From positions 1-41,827 of the IMG/VR virus record IMGVR_UViG_3300043633_000023: 41,827 bases of DNA; one strand, given 5' to 3'. Source of the stretch: a virus. Taxonomy: Duplodnaviria > Caudoviricetes. Position numbers and translations under genes: made by a program. A model generated the notes under the pieces. The model ran no database searches. It worked only from the letters and a program-made list of their open reading frames with translations, and was not told the DNA's origin. This document shows, in pieces, positions 7,429 through 16,957 of this stretch; within the stretch, counting starts at the first letter, position 1; every line of letters begins with the position of its first letter.

Positions 7429-9618
7429 ATGCCCAAGCCAAAAGCCGCAGACGAGAAGATCCTGCGCGAGGCGAAGGCGCGCTTTGAGCGTTGCCAGGCG
7501 TGGGAAAGCGCATGGCGCGATCGTGCCAAATTCGACATCAAGTTCGCCAACGGAGACGCGCTCAACCACGGGCAGTGGGACAGCAACGTCCGCCAGGAGC
7601 GCGGCGCGCGGCCGTGCCTGACGTATAACCAAACGAGACAGCACAATTTGCAGGTCATTAACGATGCAAGACAAAATAAGGCGCAGATCAAGGTAACGCC
7701 GACCGGCGGGCGGGCATCCTACGAGAGCGCCCAGATCTTCGCGGGCATCATCCGCCGCATCGAATACCAGAGCAAAGCCGTCGATGCCTACTCCACCGCC
7801 ATTTACCACCAGGTCGAGAGCGGCATCGGCTACGTCCGCGTCGAAACCGACTACGTGGACCAAAATTCGTTCGATCTGGACCTGTTCGTCCGCCGCATCG
7901 CCGATCCGTTCACGATCTACTGCGACCCGGATGCGAAAGAATACGACAAGGCGGACATGAACTTCTGCTTCGTGTTCGAGGACGTGCCGCGGGATCGCTA
8001 CGAGGAGGAATACGGCAAGGAGGACAGCCCCGCGCCGGCGACGTTCGACAACACCGACAACTGGTCCGACAAGGATCACGTCCGCATCGCCGAATACTGG
8101 CGCCGCAACATCAGCGACGAGACGATCCACCTGATGCAGGACGGAACGACGGTGCGGGACAGCGAAATCCCGGCCGAGGTGCGGGAGCAACTAACCCCGT
8201 TCATCGTCAAGAGCCGCAAAGTCGCTGAGCCCGAGATCGAGTGGTTCAAGCTGGCGGGCAACAAGATCATCGACCGCGAGGAATGGCCCGGAAAGTATAT
8301 CCCGATCGTGCCGTTCATCGGCGAAGAGCTGGTCATCGACAACGAACTCGACCGCAAGGGCCACACACGGTCCCAGATCGACGCACAGCGCATTTACAAC
8401 TACTGGGCGAGTGCTGCCGTTGAACAGGTCGCGTTACAGACCAAGACGCCGTATGTCGCCACCGCTGCGGCCATCCAGGGCCACGAAGAACAGTGGATCA
8501 CGGCAAATATCAAGAACTGGAGCGTCCTGCTCTACAACGGCGTCGGCGAGGACGGCGCCCCGATCGCCCCGCCGGCCCGCGAGCCGCCCCCGCAGATGGC
8601 CCAGGCATACATCACCGGGATGACCATCGCCCGGCAGGATCTCATGTCGGTCACCGGCCAGTATCAGGCCGAGCTGGGCATGCCATCCAACGAGCGCAGC
8701 GGCATCGCCATCCAGCAGCGCCAGCGCCAGGGCGATACGGCGACGTATCACTACATCGACAACCAGGCCAAGGGCATCCGCCAGATCGGCCGCATTCTGC
8801 TCGATCTCATCCCCAAGATTTACGATGTGCAGCGGGTCGTCATGACGCTGGGGGAAGACGGCAGCGAGGCCAAGGTCGTGGTCGCACCCGATGCCCCCGA
8901 GGCCCACCAAGCGATCGGACAGGGGCCTGACGGACAGCCGCAAACGCTAACGCAGGGCGATGCCCAGCAGCAGATGCAAGACCCGGACAAGCCGGACCCC
9001 ACGATCATCTTCAACCCGAACGTGGGCATGTATGACGTCGAGGCCGATGTAGGGCCGAGCTACGGCACCCAGCGCCAGGAAGCCGCCAACGCATTCTCGC
9101 AGATCATGGCGCAGAACCCGGCGGCATTTCAGATCGTCGGTGACTTCTGGGCAAAGAACAGCGACTTCCCCGGCGCGGACGAACTCGCCGACCGGCTCAA
9201 GCGCGGGTTGCCGCCGATGTACAAGGCCGACGCGCCCGATCCACAGGTCATGGCGATCACCCAGCAGGCGCAGCAGACGCAGCAGCACGCGCAACAGCTT
9301 CTCGGCCAAGCCGATCAGGAGATCCAGCAGCTCAAGCAGCAGGTCGCGGTGTTGCAGGCGCAGGCCAAGGACAAGAGCGCCGAGATTGCCGTGCGCGACT
9401 ATGAAGCCGAGACCAAGCGGCTCGATGTGGTCGGCGGGATCGATCCGCTCAGCCTGCAAATCGTGGTTCGGCAACTCGTCACCGACATGCTCCAGACGGA
9501 ACTCGCCCCGATGCTGCACGGCCACGCCGACATGGAGGGGCAACTGGCGCAACGCATGGCCCCGCCACAGCCCATGAACGGCGAGGGCGCTCCCGCAGCC
9601 ACAGGACCGATGCAATGA
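7429..9618 (+). CDS. Portal protein (P22 gp1-like)
   Basis: 729 aa; QWD...RPCLTYN, YIPIVPFIG, SGIAIQQRQRQG, YDVEADVGPSYGTQRQE; C-terminal coiled-coil barrel. Confidence 0.93.
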   Translation: MPKPKAADEKILREAKARFERCQAWESAWRDRAKFDIKFANGDALNHGQWDSNVRQERGARPCLTYNQTRQHNLQVINDARQNKAQIKVTPTGGRASYESAQIFAGIIRRIEYQSKAVDAYSTAIYHQVESGIGYVRVETDYVDQNSFDLDLFVRRIADPFTIYCDPDAKEYDKADMNFCFVFEDVPRDRYEEEYGKEDSPAPATFDNTDNWSDKDHVRIAEYWRRNISDETIHLMQDGTTVRDSEIPAEVREQLTPFIVKSRKVAEPEIEWFKLAGNKIIDREEWPGKYIPIVPFIGEELVIDNELDRKGHTRSQIDAQRIYNYWASAAVEQVALQTKTPYVATAAAIQGHEEQWITANIKNWSVLLYNGVGEDGAPIAPPAREPPPQMAQAYITGMTIARQDLMSVTGQYQAELGMPSNERSGIAIQQRQRQGDTATYHYIDNQAKGIRQIGRILLDLIPKIYDVQRVVMTLGEDGSEAKVVVAPDAPEAHQAIGQGPDGQPQTLTQGDAQQQMQDPDKPDPTIIFNPNVGMYDVEADVGPSYGTQRQEAANAFSQIMAQNPAAFQIVGDFWAKNSDFPGADELADRLKRGLPPMYKADAPDPQVMAITQQAQQTQQHAQQLLGQADQEIQQLKQQVAVLQAQAKDKSAEIAVRDYEAETKRLDVVGGIDPLSLQIVVRQLVTDMLQTELAPMLHGHADMEGQLAQRMAPPQPMNGEGAPAATGPMQ

Positions 9619-9872
9619 GCCACAGCAACGCCCTGCAAATGCCGGTCGCGGCCGCCTATGCGGACAACCCGCTCGCGGGCGGCGTCCAGCCGGTCGCCCT
9701 GCAAGGCCAGCCCGGTTCCTGGCAATGGCACATCGAGCCGCTGGGCAATGAATACCGTATCTTCGGCAGTCCGCCGGAAAGCGACAAGTTTCAACTGATG
9801 GGCCGCGAAGGATCGCAGGAACAGGCGCTCAAGCGGCTTGAGATGCTCAAAACCCTGCTTGGTGGCCCATGA
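9615..9872 (+). CDS. Hypothetical protein
   Basis: Coupled by ATGA overlaps on both sides. Confidence 0.55.
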   Translation: MSHSNALQMPVAAAYADNPLAGGVQPVALQGQPGSWQWHIEPLGNEYRIFGSPPESDKFQLMGREGSQEQALKRLEMLKTLLGGP

Positions 9873-10111
9873 GCGACAACGTCACCGAACTCCTCGCCGA
9901 GATCACCCGCCAGCGCGCCGAACTAAAGGACGCGATCGGTCTGATCGAGCGGCTGCGCGAAGAGATCAGGCACCTGCGCGCCACCCTGGACGACCGGATG
10001 ATCCGCCAAGACGCCGAGATCGCCACCATGCGCGGCAGCATGGCACCCCACCCGGCCGACGATGAACCGGGCAACTACACCCACGACGTGGCGCCGTCAG
10101 CGCCCCGCTAA
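9869..10111 (+). CDS. Hypothetical coiled-coil protein
   Basis: Heptad pattern; ATGA overlap. Confidence 0.55.
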   Translation: MSDNVTELLAEITRQRAELKDAIGLIERLREEIRHLRATLDDRMIRQDAEIATMRGSMAPHPADDEPGNYTHDVAPSAPR

Positions 10112-10124
10112 CCCAGAGGCCCCC

Positions 10125-10541
10125 ATGAGCGACAGCAATGCACTGGTGCCTCCCGGCGCTTTCGACCGCTACCGCGAGCAGCAACTCAATGCGCTAGCCC
10201 AACAGGCGGCACCCGCCGCCGCCGGCTCGATGTTCGACCGCTCGCCACAGAACGCCGCCGGCCTGCTCGTCCCAGGCAATATCAACATCCACCAGCGCCC
10301 CGTGGTCAGAAACGCCGATGGAAGTATCAGCACAGTCCGATCCATGTCATTCACCGATGATGAGGGCAGGGCAATCCTGATCCCCACCGTGATCGCGGGC
10401 CGCGGCATCGTGCCCCCCGAACAGGCAATCCAGCACTACTACCAGACCGGACAGCACCTCGGGATTTTCGAGCACTCGGACGCCGCCGACGCCTACGCAC
10501 AGGCGCTGCATGAGCAGCAGGCCGCGGCATACACACGATAA
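10125..10541 (+). CDS. Conserved phage protein (GNI...RPVVRNADGSISTVRS domain)
   Basis: GAGG RBS; the motif is recalled from podovirus internal/ejection proteins. Confidence 0.6.
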   Translation: MSDSNALVPPGAFDRYREQQLNALAQQAAPAAAGSMFDRSPQNAAGLLVPGNINIHQRPVVRNADGSISTVRSMSFTDDEGRAILIPTVIAGRGIVPPEQAIQHYYQTGQHLGIFEHSDAADAYAQALHEQQAAAYTR

Positions 10542-10581
10542 CCACGCCGGCGCATCTCGCGATCGGCCTTAGAGGCATCCC

Positions 10582-11337
10582 ATGAGCGACCAGCCCAACG
10601 CACCGCCCCCCGGCGAAGGCGAACCCGCGCCCGCAGCCGAGCCGACACCCGCGCCTGCCCCGGCACCCGCGCCGGAAGGCGAGCCGCCCGAACAAACCCC
10701 GGAACAGGCCGCCGAAGCCAAGTCACGCGGCGACAGACGCTTTGCGGAACTCACGGCCAAGCTCTCGGCCAGGGAACGCGAGTTCGCCCGCGTCAACGAG
10801 GAAAACGAACGCCTGCGCCGCATCGCCCAACAGGTGCCGCAGCAGCAGGCAAGCCCCGAGTTGCAATACCAGCAGGAACGCGAGCAGCTCAGAGCCGAGG
10901 CGCGGGCAGAAGCCAAGCAGGAACTGCTCAAGGACCGCTTCCACGAGGAGGGCAACTCGGCATATCCGGACTGGCCGCAGAGAACGCGCGAACTGATGGC
11001 CATGGGCGCGGATGGCGGCTTTGCCCAGTTGCTGGTGAACATGCCGGGCGGCGTGCGTGTCACCGCTGCCCTCGCCGACGATCCTGCCGCCGTCCAACGC
11101 ATCGCCAGCATCCAGACGCTGGAGGGACGCGCCGTGGCGCTGGGCAAATACGCAGCCCAGATCGAGGACGGAGCGGGCAGAGCCGTGCATACCCCACGCC
11201 CGGTGACCAGTGCCCCGCCGCCCATCCGCACCGTCACCGGGCGGGCTAACCCGCAGTTCAACGAATACGCCGCCAGCGGCCAGGACTTGGTTGATAAATA
11301 CATGAAGGACGACCTGGCACGCCGTCAGCGCCACTGA
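10582..11337 (+). CDS. Scaffolding protein
   Basis: Lies between portal and coat; P/E-rich N-terminus, RFAELT coiled coil, SAPPPI near the C-terminus. Confidence 0.8.
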   Translation: MSDQPNAPPPGEGEPAPAAEPTPAPAPAPAPEGEPPEQTPEQAAEAKSRGDRRFAELTAKLSAREREFARVNEENERLRRIAQQVPQQQASPELQYQQEREQLRAEARAEAKQELLKDRFHEEGNSAYPDWPQRTRELMAMGADGGFAQLLVNMPGGVRVTAALADDPAAVQRIASIQTLEGRAVALGKYAAQIEDGAGRAVHTPRPVTSAPPPIRTVTGRANPQFNEYAASGQDLVDKYMKDDLARRQRH

Positions 11338-11344
11338 GAGACAC

Positions 11345-11531
11345 GCCCACCCCGCCGCGGCCGGGTAATGCCGCTGTAGCTACCGCCCAAGGTCGTCGCG
11401 CCCGACCCTAAACCGCGCTGCGCCGTGCCAATCCGTCTGTGATTGCGGCTAAGTCCTTCGTCACAGCGAGCAATCGAGACCCCAAGAACTACTTGACAGT
11501 GAGGGGTCCTTTAGTTCAATGTGACGAAGGA
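11345..11531 (+). ncRNA. Candidate structured leader RNA of the coat gene
   Basis: 12-bp stem 11454-11465/11520-11531 covers the RBS and encloses a possible pseudoknot; more hairpins lie upstream. Confidence 0.45.
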
Positions 11532-11540
11532 TATCCTAAT

Positions 11541-13570
11541 ATGCCCGCAACCAATACTCTGTTGACTATCAACATGATTACGGCAAAGGCGCTGGCTATA
11601 CTTCACCAAAAGTGCAACTTCATCGGTTAACTGTAGCCGCTTTGCCGGGTAACCGGCATCGAAGAACGCTGTGAACTCAGGGAAAATCTTGCTATCAGGC
11701 CGGAACGTATGTTAGCTTTCAGTATGCCTGACGCCAAGACAATCCTGAGCCAAGACCTGAGATGGGCGAAAATCCAGCTTGACCCAACATGCAGCAAATG
11801 CCGCATCAGAAAGACGCCAGCAGACTTTCCGAGGAATGCTGTGGACTACTGGTGCAGCAGGTGCCGCAGTGATTACGCGATAGACCTGTATCGGAAAAAG
11901 GTGGCTTCTCTCTCACCCCTAGACCTGGCAAAGTTTCGGGACAAGGTAAGCGAGAGGCAGAGCCGCCAGCGAGACGCAAGGATCGCTTCCATGCCGAAAA
12001 AGCAACTTGAGGCATGGCGGATGCAGATCAACGCCGGCAACACGATGCGCAGATATGAGGTCAGAGACCGGGTTTACCGAGCTTATGGCGGATATGTCTG
12101 CGCATGCTGCGGAGAGACCGAAAAAGCCTTTTTGAGCATCGACCACATCGAGAACGATGGGGCGACTCACAAACGGAAATTTAACCTCAAAACCGGCGAG
12201 CAGATGTATCGCTGGCTGGCAAGGAATAATTTTCCGTCAGGCTTTCAGATCCTCTGCATGAATTGCCAGTGGGGTAAGCGGAACAATGGCGGAATTTGCC
12301 CACATCAGGTAAGGTGCAACGACCATCCCGTTGAGGGAGTAGGGCCAAGCGGCCCGAAGCGCAGCGCACCCGTCTAATCAGCGGGTGATGATATGGTCTG
12401 CTCTGCATGGTGACATGCAGCAGCCCGCAAGGGCGGTTTTGGGGGTAGCGTCCCAAGGCGAACACAAGGGCAATCAACCGTCAATACGATGACAGCTTCG
12501 CGAATAGTGGCGCCAAAATCGGCACTACTCTCCGCATCCGGCTCCCGGTGCAATACACCACCAGCACCACCCCGGCGCTGTCGCTCCAGAATACGGTGGA
12601 AACATCCGTCAGCCTGCCGATCACCAACCAATACCACGTCGATTTCAGCTTCAGCAGCGCCGAGCTAACCCTCACCATCGACGAGTTCAGCGCCCGCTAC
12701 ATCGAGCCGGCCATCGCCCAGCTCGCCGCCAGCATCGAGGCCGCAACCATCAACATGATGTGGCCGACAGTGTGGAACCAGGTGGGAACAGCGGCCAGCG
12801 CCATGCCGTTCAAGACCGTGTTGCAGGCCCGCAAGCTGTTGCTGGACAACCTCACGCCGCAGAGCAAGCAGTGGCTCCTCCGCATCAACACCCAGGACAA
12901 CGTCGATCTCGTTGATGTCACGAAAGGATTATTCCAGGCTTCTACCCAGATCGCCAAGCAATACACCGATGGCGTGATGGGGCTGTCTGCTGGGTTCGAG
13001 TGGGCAGAGAACACGCACTTGACCACCCAGACACGCGGGGCGGAATCGGGTTATCTCGTGTCGCCGGCATCGCAAACTGGCAGCACGCTCGCCGTCATCA
13101 CCGGCACCGGCGCGGGAAATGCCGGGGACATCTTCACCATCACCGGCGTCTATCGCGTGCATCCCGAGACGAAAATCAATACGGGTGTGTTGCAACAATT
13201 CGTCCTCACAGCCGCATATACCGGCGGCGCGGGCAACATGGCCATCGCACCGGCAATCGTCACCAGCGGCCCGACGCAGAACGTCTCCAACAGCCCAGCC
13301 CTCAACGCGCCGATCACGTTCGCCAACACGGCGTCCGTCGCTACCGGCCTGTCGCTCGCATTCCACCCGGATGCGTTCACCTTCGCCACCGCCGACCTCG
13401 TAATGCCCGGAGGCGTGGACATGGCCTCGCGGGTCGTCAAGGACGGCATCTCGATGCGCGCCGTGCGGCAATACAGCATCAGCGACGACACCTTCCCCAT
13501 CCGCATCGACGTGCTCTGGGGCGCCGTTGCACTTCGGCCACAACTCGCCTGCCGCTTGGTTGCGAATTAG
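11541..13570 (+). CDS. Major capsid protein (P22 coat-like), spliced join(11541..11627,12470..13570), 395 aa
   Basis: Joining the exons gives MPATNTLLTINMITAKALAILHQKCNFIG|AINRQYDDSFANSGAKIGTTLRIRLPVQY...RIDVLWG..LRPQLACR. Confidence 0.93.
11628..12469 (+). ncRNA. Group I self-splicing intron (IA-like, with P7.1 and P7.2)
   Basis: 5' exon ends in U with a U.G pair in P1. P2 has a GUAA loop. P3 pairs 11667-73/12360-66, P4 pairs CTCAGG/CCTGAG, P7 pairs GACCA 12321/TGGTC 12394. P8 and P9 hairpins and a terminal G at 12469 are present. Confidence 0.92.
11709..12377 (+). CDS. Intron-encoded HNH homing endonuclease with Zn-finger motifs
   Basis: CSKC and CSRC; CACCGE..FLSIDHIENDG...LCMNCQWGK; the bulk of the ORF loops out of P6a. 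Confidence 0.85.
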   Translation: MLAFSMPDAKTILSQDLRWAKIQLDPTCSKCRIRKTPADFPRNAVDYWCSRCRSDYAIDLYRKKVASLSPLDLAKFRDKVSERQSRQRDARIASMPKKQLEAWRMQINAGNTMRRYEVRDRVYRAYGGYVCACCGETEKAFLSIDHIENDGATHKRKFNLKTGEQMYRWLARNNFPSGFQILCMNCQWGKRNNGGICPHQVRCNDHPVEGVGPSGPKRSAPV

Positions 13571-13579
13571 GAGGCGGCC

Positions 13580-13999
13580 ATGTCAGGCTTCGCCAACAAA
13601 GGACCGCAAGACGCGGGCTCCCCCTCATCGTATTCTGCTGGCGCGCAACTCTTCGATCCCGCCGTCGCCGCCATGGGTGGGGGGCGATCATACGCGAACG
13701 CCCTCACCGCCAGGGCCGGAGGCGGCAGACCCAACGCCACCAAACTCCCGGCCGCCATCAACCGCATCACGACCTGCGCCACCGCCGCCGACAGCGTCGC
13801 CCTGCCTCCAGCCGTAGGGGGCATGGTGATCTACCTTCAGAACAGCGGCGCTTCCGCCTGCCAGGTCTTCGCCGACCCGGCAACGTCCGACACCATCAAC
13901 GGCGTCGCGGCGGCAACCGGGATCAGCCTGGCCGCAGCCAAGGCTTGCACCTTCGCCAGCCCAGGCCCCGGTATCTGGTTCTCGGTGCTGACGGCATAG
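13580..13999 (+). CDS. Virion protein downstream of coat (decoration-like)
   Basis: AGGAGG RBS; G/A/T-rich beta-type sequence (DSVALPPA, DTING). Confidence 0.65.
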   Translation: MSGFANKGPQDAGSPSSYSAGAQLFDPAVAAMGGGRSYANALTARAGGGRPNATKLPAAINRITTCATAADSVALPPAVGGMVIYLQNSGASACQVFADPATSDTINGVAAATGISLAAAKACTFASPGPGIWFSVLTA

Positions 14000-14009
14000 C
14001 GGCTACGAA

Positions 14010-14092
14010 CTGCCGGGACCGGGTCGTCCTTCCCAGCCCGAAGCCAAGGCGTGTGGCCCCCGAACGCCTGTCCCGAGCAGATAATCGGGGGC
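14010..14092 (+). ncRNA. Candidate three-way-junction pseudoknot RNA
   Basis: Stems CGGGAC/GTCCCG, CGGGT/GCCCG and AGGCGT/ACGCCT; loop GCCCCCGA 14056-63 is complementary to TCGGGGGC 14085-92. Confidence 0.45.
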
Positions 14093-14110
14093 AACTTCAT
14101 AGGTGCATGA

Positions 14111-14878
14111 ATGATCGACACCGTCGGGGATATGATCAATTTCGTTCTGCGTGCGAGCGGAATTTGTGGGGTTGGTCAAACAGCATCATATGAGGATGCC
14201 AACACCGGCCTCGACATGACGCGAATGCTCGTCGCGCAATGGGGTCAGAAGCGCTGGCTGGTGTGGAACGAAACCGAACTGACCGTGACGGCAACCGGCG
14301 CCGACTACTACACCATCGGACCCGGCGCCGACTTCGACATCCCCGTGCGACCAACCAAGATCCACGCCGCATGGTGCCGCCTGCTACCGAATGCCGGCAT
14401 CGCCAATGTCGATATCCCGCTCGCCATCATCCAGGCCAAGGAAGACTGGTCCACCATCACCATCAAGAACCTCAAGAGCCTGCCCTCAGCCGTGTTCCTC
14501 GATACCGCGTGGCCACAGGGGCGCGTCCACTTCTGGCCGGTGCCACCCGTCGCGCAGCAGATGCAACTTACGTTAGTGCTCAAGGCATCGCTGCCGAACT
14601 ACACCACGCTGGTGGACCCGCTCGGGCTGCCGCCGGAATATCAGGAGGCGCTGATGTGGTCGTTGTGCGTTCGTATGCAAATGGCCTATGGGCTGCCGTC
14701 GCGCCCGGATCATGCCGCGGCCATGAGGCAGGCCGTGAACGTCGTCATGATGGCCAATACCCAGGTTGCAACACTCGGCATGCCCGGCATCGGCAGCCGC
14801 AGCGGCGACGTGAGTTCCTGGGCCGGGCGCGGGCTGGATCGGGCGTGGACCGTGGGCGGTTCCTGCGTGCTGACATGA
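14111..14878 (+). CDS. Head-tail adaptor (P22 gp4-like)
   Basis: MIDTVGDMINFVLRASGICGVGQT N-terminus, FWPVP, LPPEYQEALMWSL; position after coat. Confidence 0.75.
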   Translation: MIDTVGDMINFVLRASGICGVGQTASYEDANTGLDMTRMLVAQWGQKRWLVWNETELTVTATGADYYTIGPGADFDIPVRPTKIHAAWCRLLPNAGIANVDIPLAIIQAKEDWSTITIKNLKSLPSAVFLDTAWPQGRVHFWPVPPVAQQMQLTLVLKASLPNYTTLVDPLGLPPEYQEALMWSLCVRMQMAYGLPSRPDHAAAMRQAVNVVMMANTQVATLGMPGIGSRSGDVSSWAGRGLDRAWTVGGSCVLT

Positions 14879-15093
14879 GCGACACCGATCAAGCCTACCC
14901 CTGGATACCCGGCGATCACCTCAACGCCGCAGCCCTCAATGCTGCCATCGCAGCCGCCACAACTGGTGCGCTAGGACCACCCGGCCCTGATGGGCTCTCC
15001 TTCATCTCCGGCGTCGGGCCGCCCACCGTGGATGCCCCAGTCGGCACCACCTACCTCGACGTGAACAACGGCGACATCTGGGTGTTTGCCTGA
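14875..15093 (+). CDS. Small virion protein with collagen-like GPPGP; paralog of the next gene's N-terminus
   Basis: YPWIPGDHLNAAALNAAI...GTTYLDVNNGDIW; coupled overlaps. Confidence 0.65.
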   Translation: MSDTDQAYPWIPGDHLNAAALNAAIAAATTGALGPPGPDGLSFISGVGPPTVDAPVGTTYLDVNNGDIWVFA

Positions 15094-15992
15094 TGCCCTA
15101 CCCATGGCACGACGGCGACACGCTGACGGCGGACGACCTCAACAGTGCCATCGCCAACGCCGCAAACGGTCCGGAAGGCCCCCCCGGCGGCCCTGGCGTC
15201 ATGATCATGACCGGCTATGGACCGCCCACCGAGGACGCCCCGGACGGCACGACATACTTCGACCTGAGCAATGGCGATGTGTGGACATTCGGACCCGTGC
15301 CCTACCACGCTCCAGCGGTGAATTTTTACGCCGTCTCACTGTTTACGAGTTCACTGGTCGCGCCGGATAGCTCGTTCTTGGCGCTGTCCTTTTGGGTAAA
15401 AACCGACCCCAATATTCGGCGTGTATATTCCGGAACGGGTATCGTGGGCGAATATAAATCCCCCGGTAGCGCGGTGGGTAAGTTCGACTTTTATTGTCCC
15501 GATGCGACTGGAGACAACTACGTTGATGCTTTGACCAGCGTCAGCGACAAGACGGTGTGGCATCATTTCCTGACGGCGTTTGACTTCGGTGTCGTCAAAA
15601 CCGCCGTGGTCTATCGCGACGGTATTCTGGACACAGGCACAACGGTGGACGTATGGGGCGACCCATTCACGCCCCAGCTCGGCGGACACGGTTTTTCCGT
15701 TGGTCCAACCGATGCAGGGCTGTTCGATATGGCCGATTTCCGGATGATGGTCGGCGTCAATCTGCTGGACGGCACAGGGCATATTCCAGAAGCCACGCGC
15801 CGCCTGTTCATCGACGCCGCCGGTAAGCCAGTTGACCCCGCCGTGGCGACAGCGGCGCTAGGTGCCCCGTGCATCCTGTTCTCGGGCGACGCCGCCTCAT
15901 TCGGCACCAACCAGGGAAGCGGCGGCGCCTTCGTGTTAGGAGACGGTGAGTTCGATACGATCACCGACGCAACCACCAGCCCGAGTGATTAG
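15093..15992 (+). CDS. Virion protein with LamG/ConA-like domain
   Basis: [20 protein letters not shown] and DMADFR motifs. Confidence 0.65.
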   Translation: MPYPWHDGDTLTADDLNSAIANAANGPEGPPGGPGVMIMTGYGPPTEDAPDGTTYFDLSNGDVWTFGPVPYHAPAVNFYAVSLFTSSLVAPDSSFLALSFWVKTDPNIRRVYSGTGIVGEYKSPGSAVGKFDFYCPDATGDNYVDALTSVSDKTVWHHFLTAFDFGVVKTAVVYRDGILDTGTTVDVWGDPFTPQLGGHGFSVGPTDAGLFDMADFRMMVGVNLLDGTGHIPEATRRLFIDAAGKPVDPAVATAALGAPCILFSGDAASFGTNQGSGGAFVLGDGEFDTITDATTSPSD

Positions 15993-15994
15993 CC

Positions 15995-16954
15995 ATGGCA
16001 TGGACCAAGACCGGCAATATCACCGGACCCACAGGCCCCGCAGGACCGCCCGGCACAACGGCGGCAGTCACGTCCGTGGCCACCAGCGGCACCGGCATCA
16101 GCGGCGGTCCTATCACCACCACGGGCACGCTGTCGGTGCGCTGGAACGCTGGACAGGTCAATGCGCTGGGCACCGGGCTGTCGCTCGCGGGCGGCACGCT
16201 CACCAGCACTGCCACTGGTGGCGGGGCGCCTACAGGGGCCGCAGGCGGCGATCTGGCCGGGACGTATCCCAACCCCGCCTTGGCAGCTTCAGGGGCCTCA
16301 GCGGGCACCTACGGGGACGCTACCCATGTCCCAGTCATCGCGGTGGACGTTAAGGGCCGCATCACCAGCGCAAGCGTGGCCACGATCACCACCGGGGGCG
16401 GCGCACCATCCGGGGCAGCAAGCGGCGACCTGACGGGGACGTATCCGGGGCCGGTGCTGGTGGGCACAGCCGTCGCGCCAGGCTCCTATGGCGACAGCAC
16501 CCATGTCGGCACCTTCACGGTCGATCAGAAGGGGCGGCTAACGGCGGCTGCCAGCGTGGCAATCCCCGGCGTCGGCACCATCACATACGCCATGCTACCG
16601 ACCGAAGTGCAGCAGGTTCCGGTGCCATTCGTGTTCAGCGGGAAACCCGCCACAGGCGCCACCATCAACGTCCCGATGCCGTGGGCGCTCACCATCCCGG
16701 CCAGCCTGGCGGGCACCGTGGTGTATGACGTGACCCAAGCCACCAGCAGCGCAATCTTCACGCTCAACAAGATATCGGGCGGGTCCACCACAGCCCTTGG
16801 CACCATCACGGTCACGTCCGCATCCCACACCAGCGCGACACTGGCCGGGGCGGGCGGATCACTGGCGATCGGCGACGTGTTGCAGATAGTTGCGCCCACG
16901 CAAGATAGTACGCTCGCCGATATCGGCATCACCGTGCTGGCAGCGAGGGTCTAG
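15995..16954 (+). CDS. Tail fibre-like protein with collagen segment and two repeats of about 59 aa
   Basis: [10 protein letters not shown]; the unit GGAPxGAAxGDLxGTYP...GxYGDxTHV...VDxKGRxT occurs twice. Confidence 0.7.
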   Translation: MAWTKTGNITGPTGPAGPPGTTAAVTSVATSGTGISGGPITTTGTLSVRWNAGQVNALGTGLSLAGGTLTSTATGGGAPTGAAGGDLAGTYPNPALAASGASAGTYGDATHVPVIAVDVKGRITSASVATITTGGGAPSGAASGDLTGTYPGPVLVGTAVAPGSYGDSTHVGTFTVDQKGRLTAAASVAIPGVGTITYAMLPTEVQQVPVPFVFSGKPATGATINVPMPWALTIPASLAGTVVYDVTQATSSAIFTLNKISGGSTTALGTITVTSASHTSATLAGAGGSLAIGDVLQIVAPTQDSTLADIGITVLAARV

Positions 16955-16957
16955 CCC

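Noticed and set aside
12548-13570. 340-aa coat protein starting at GTG 12548
   Set aside because: It lacks the conserved N-terminus, which splicing restores.
11345-14092. Assigning the two structured RNA candidates to hammerhead, twister, pistol or HDV ribozymes
   Set aside because: The conserved catalytic cores and stem order could not be matched by eye.
13997-14113. Stop-codon readthrough from the 13580 gene into the in-frame gp4-like gene
   Set aside because: A second in-frame stop (TGA 14108-14110) precedes the ATG.
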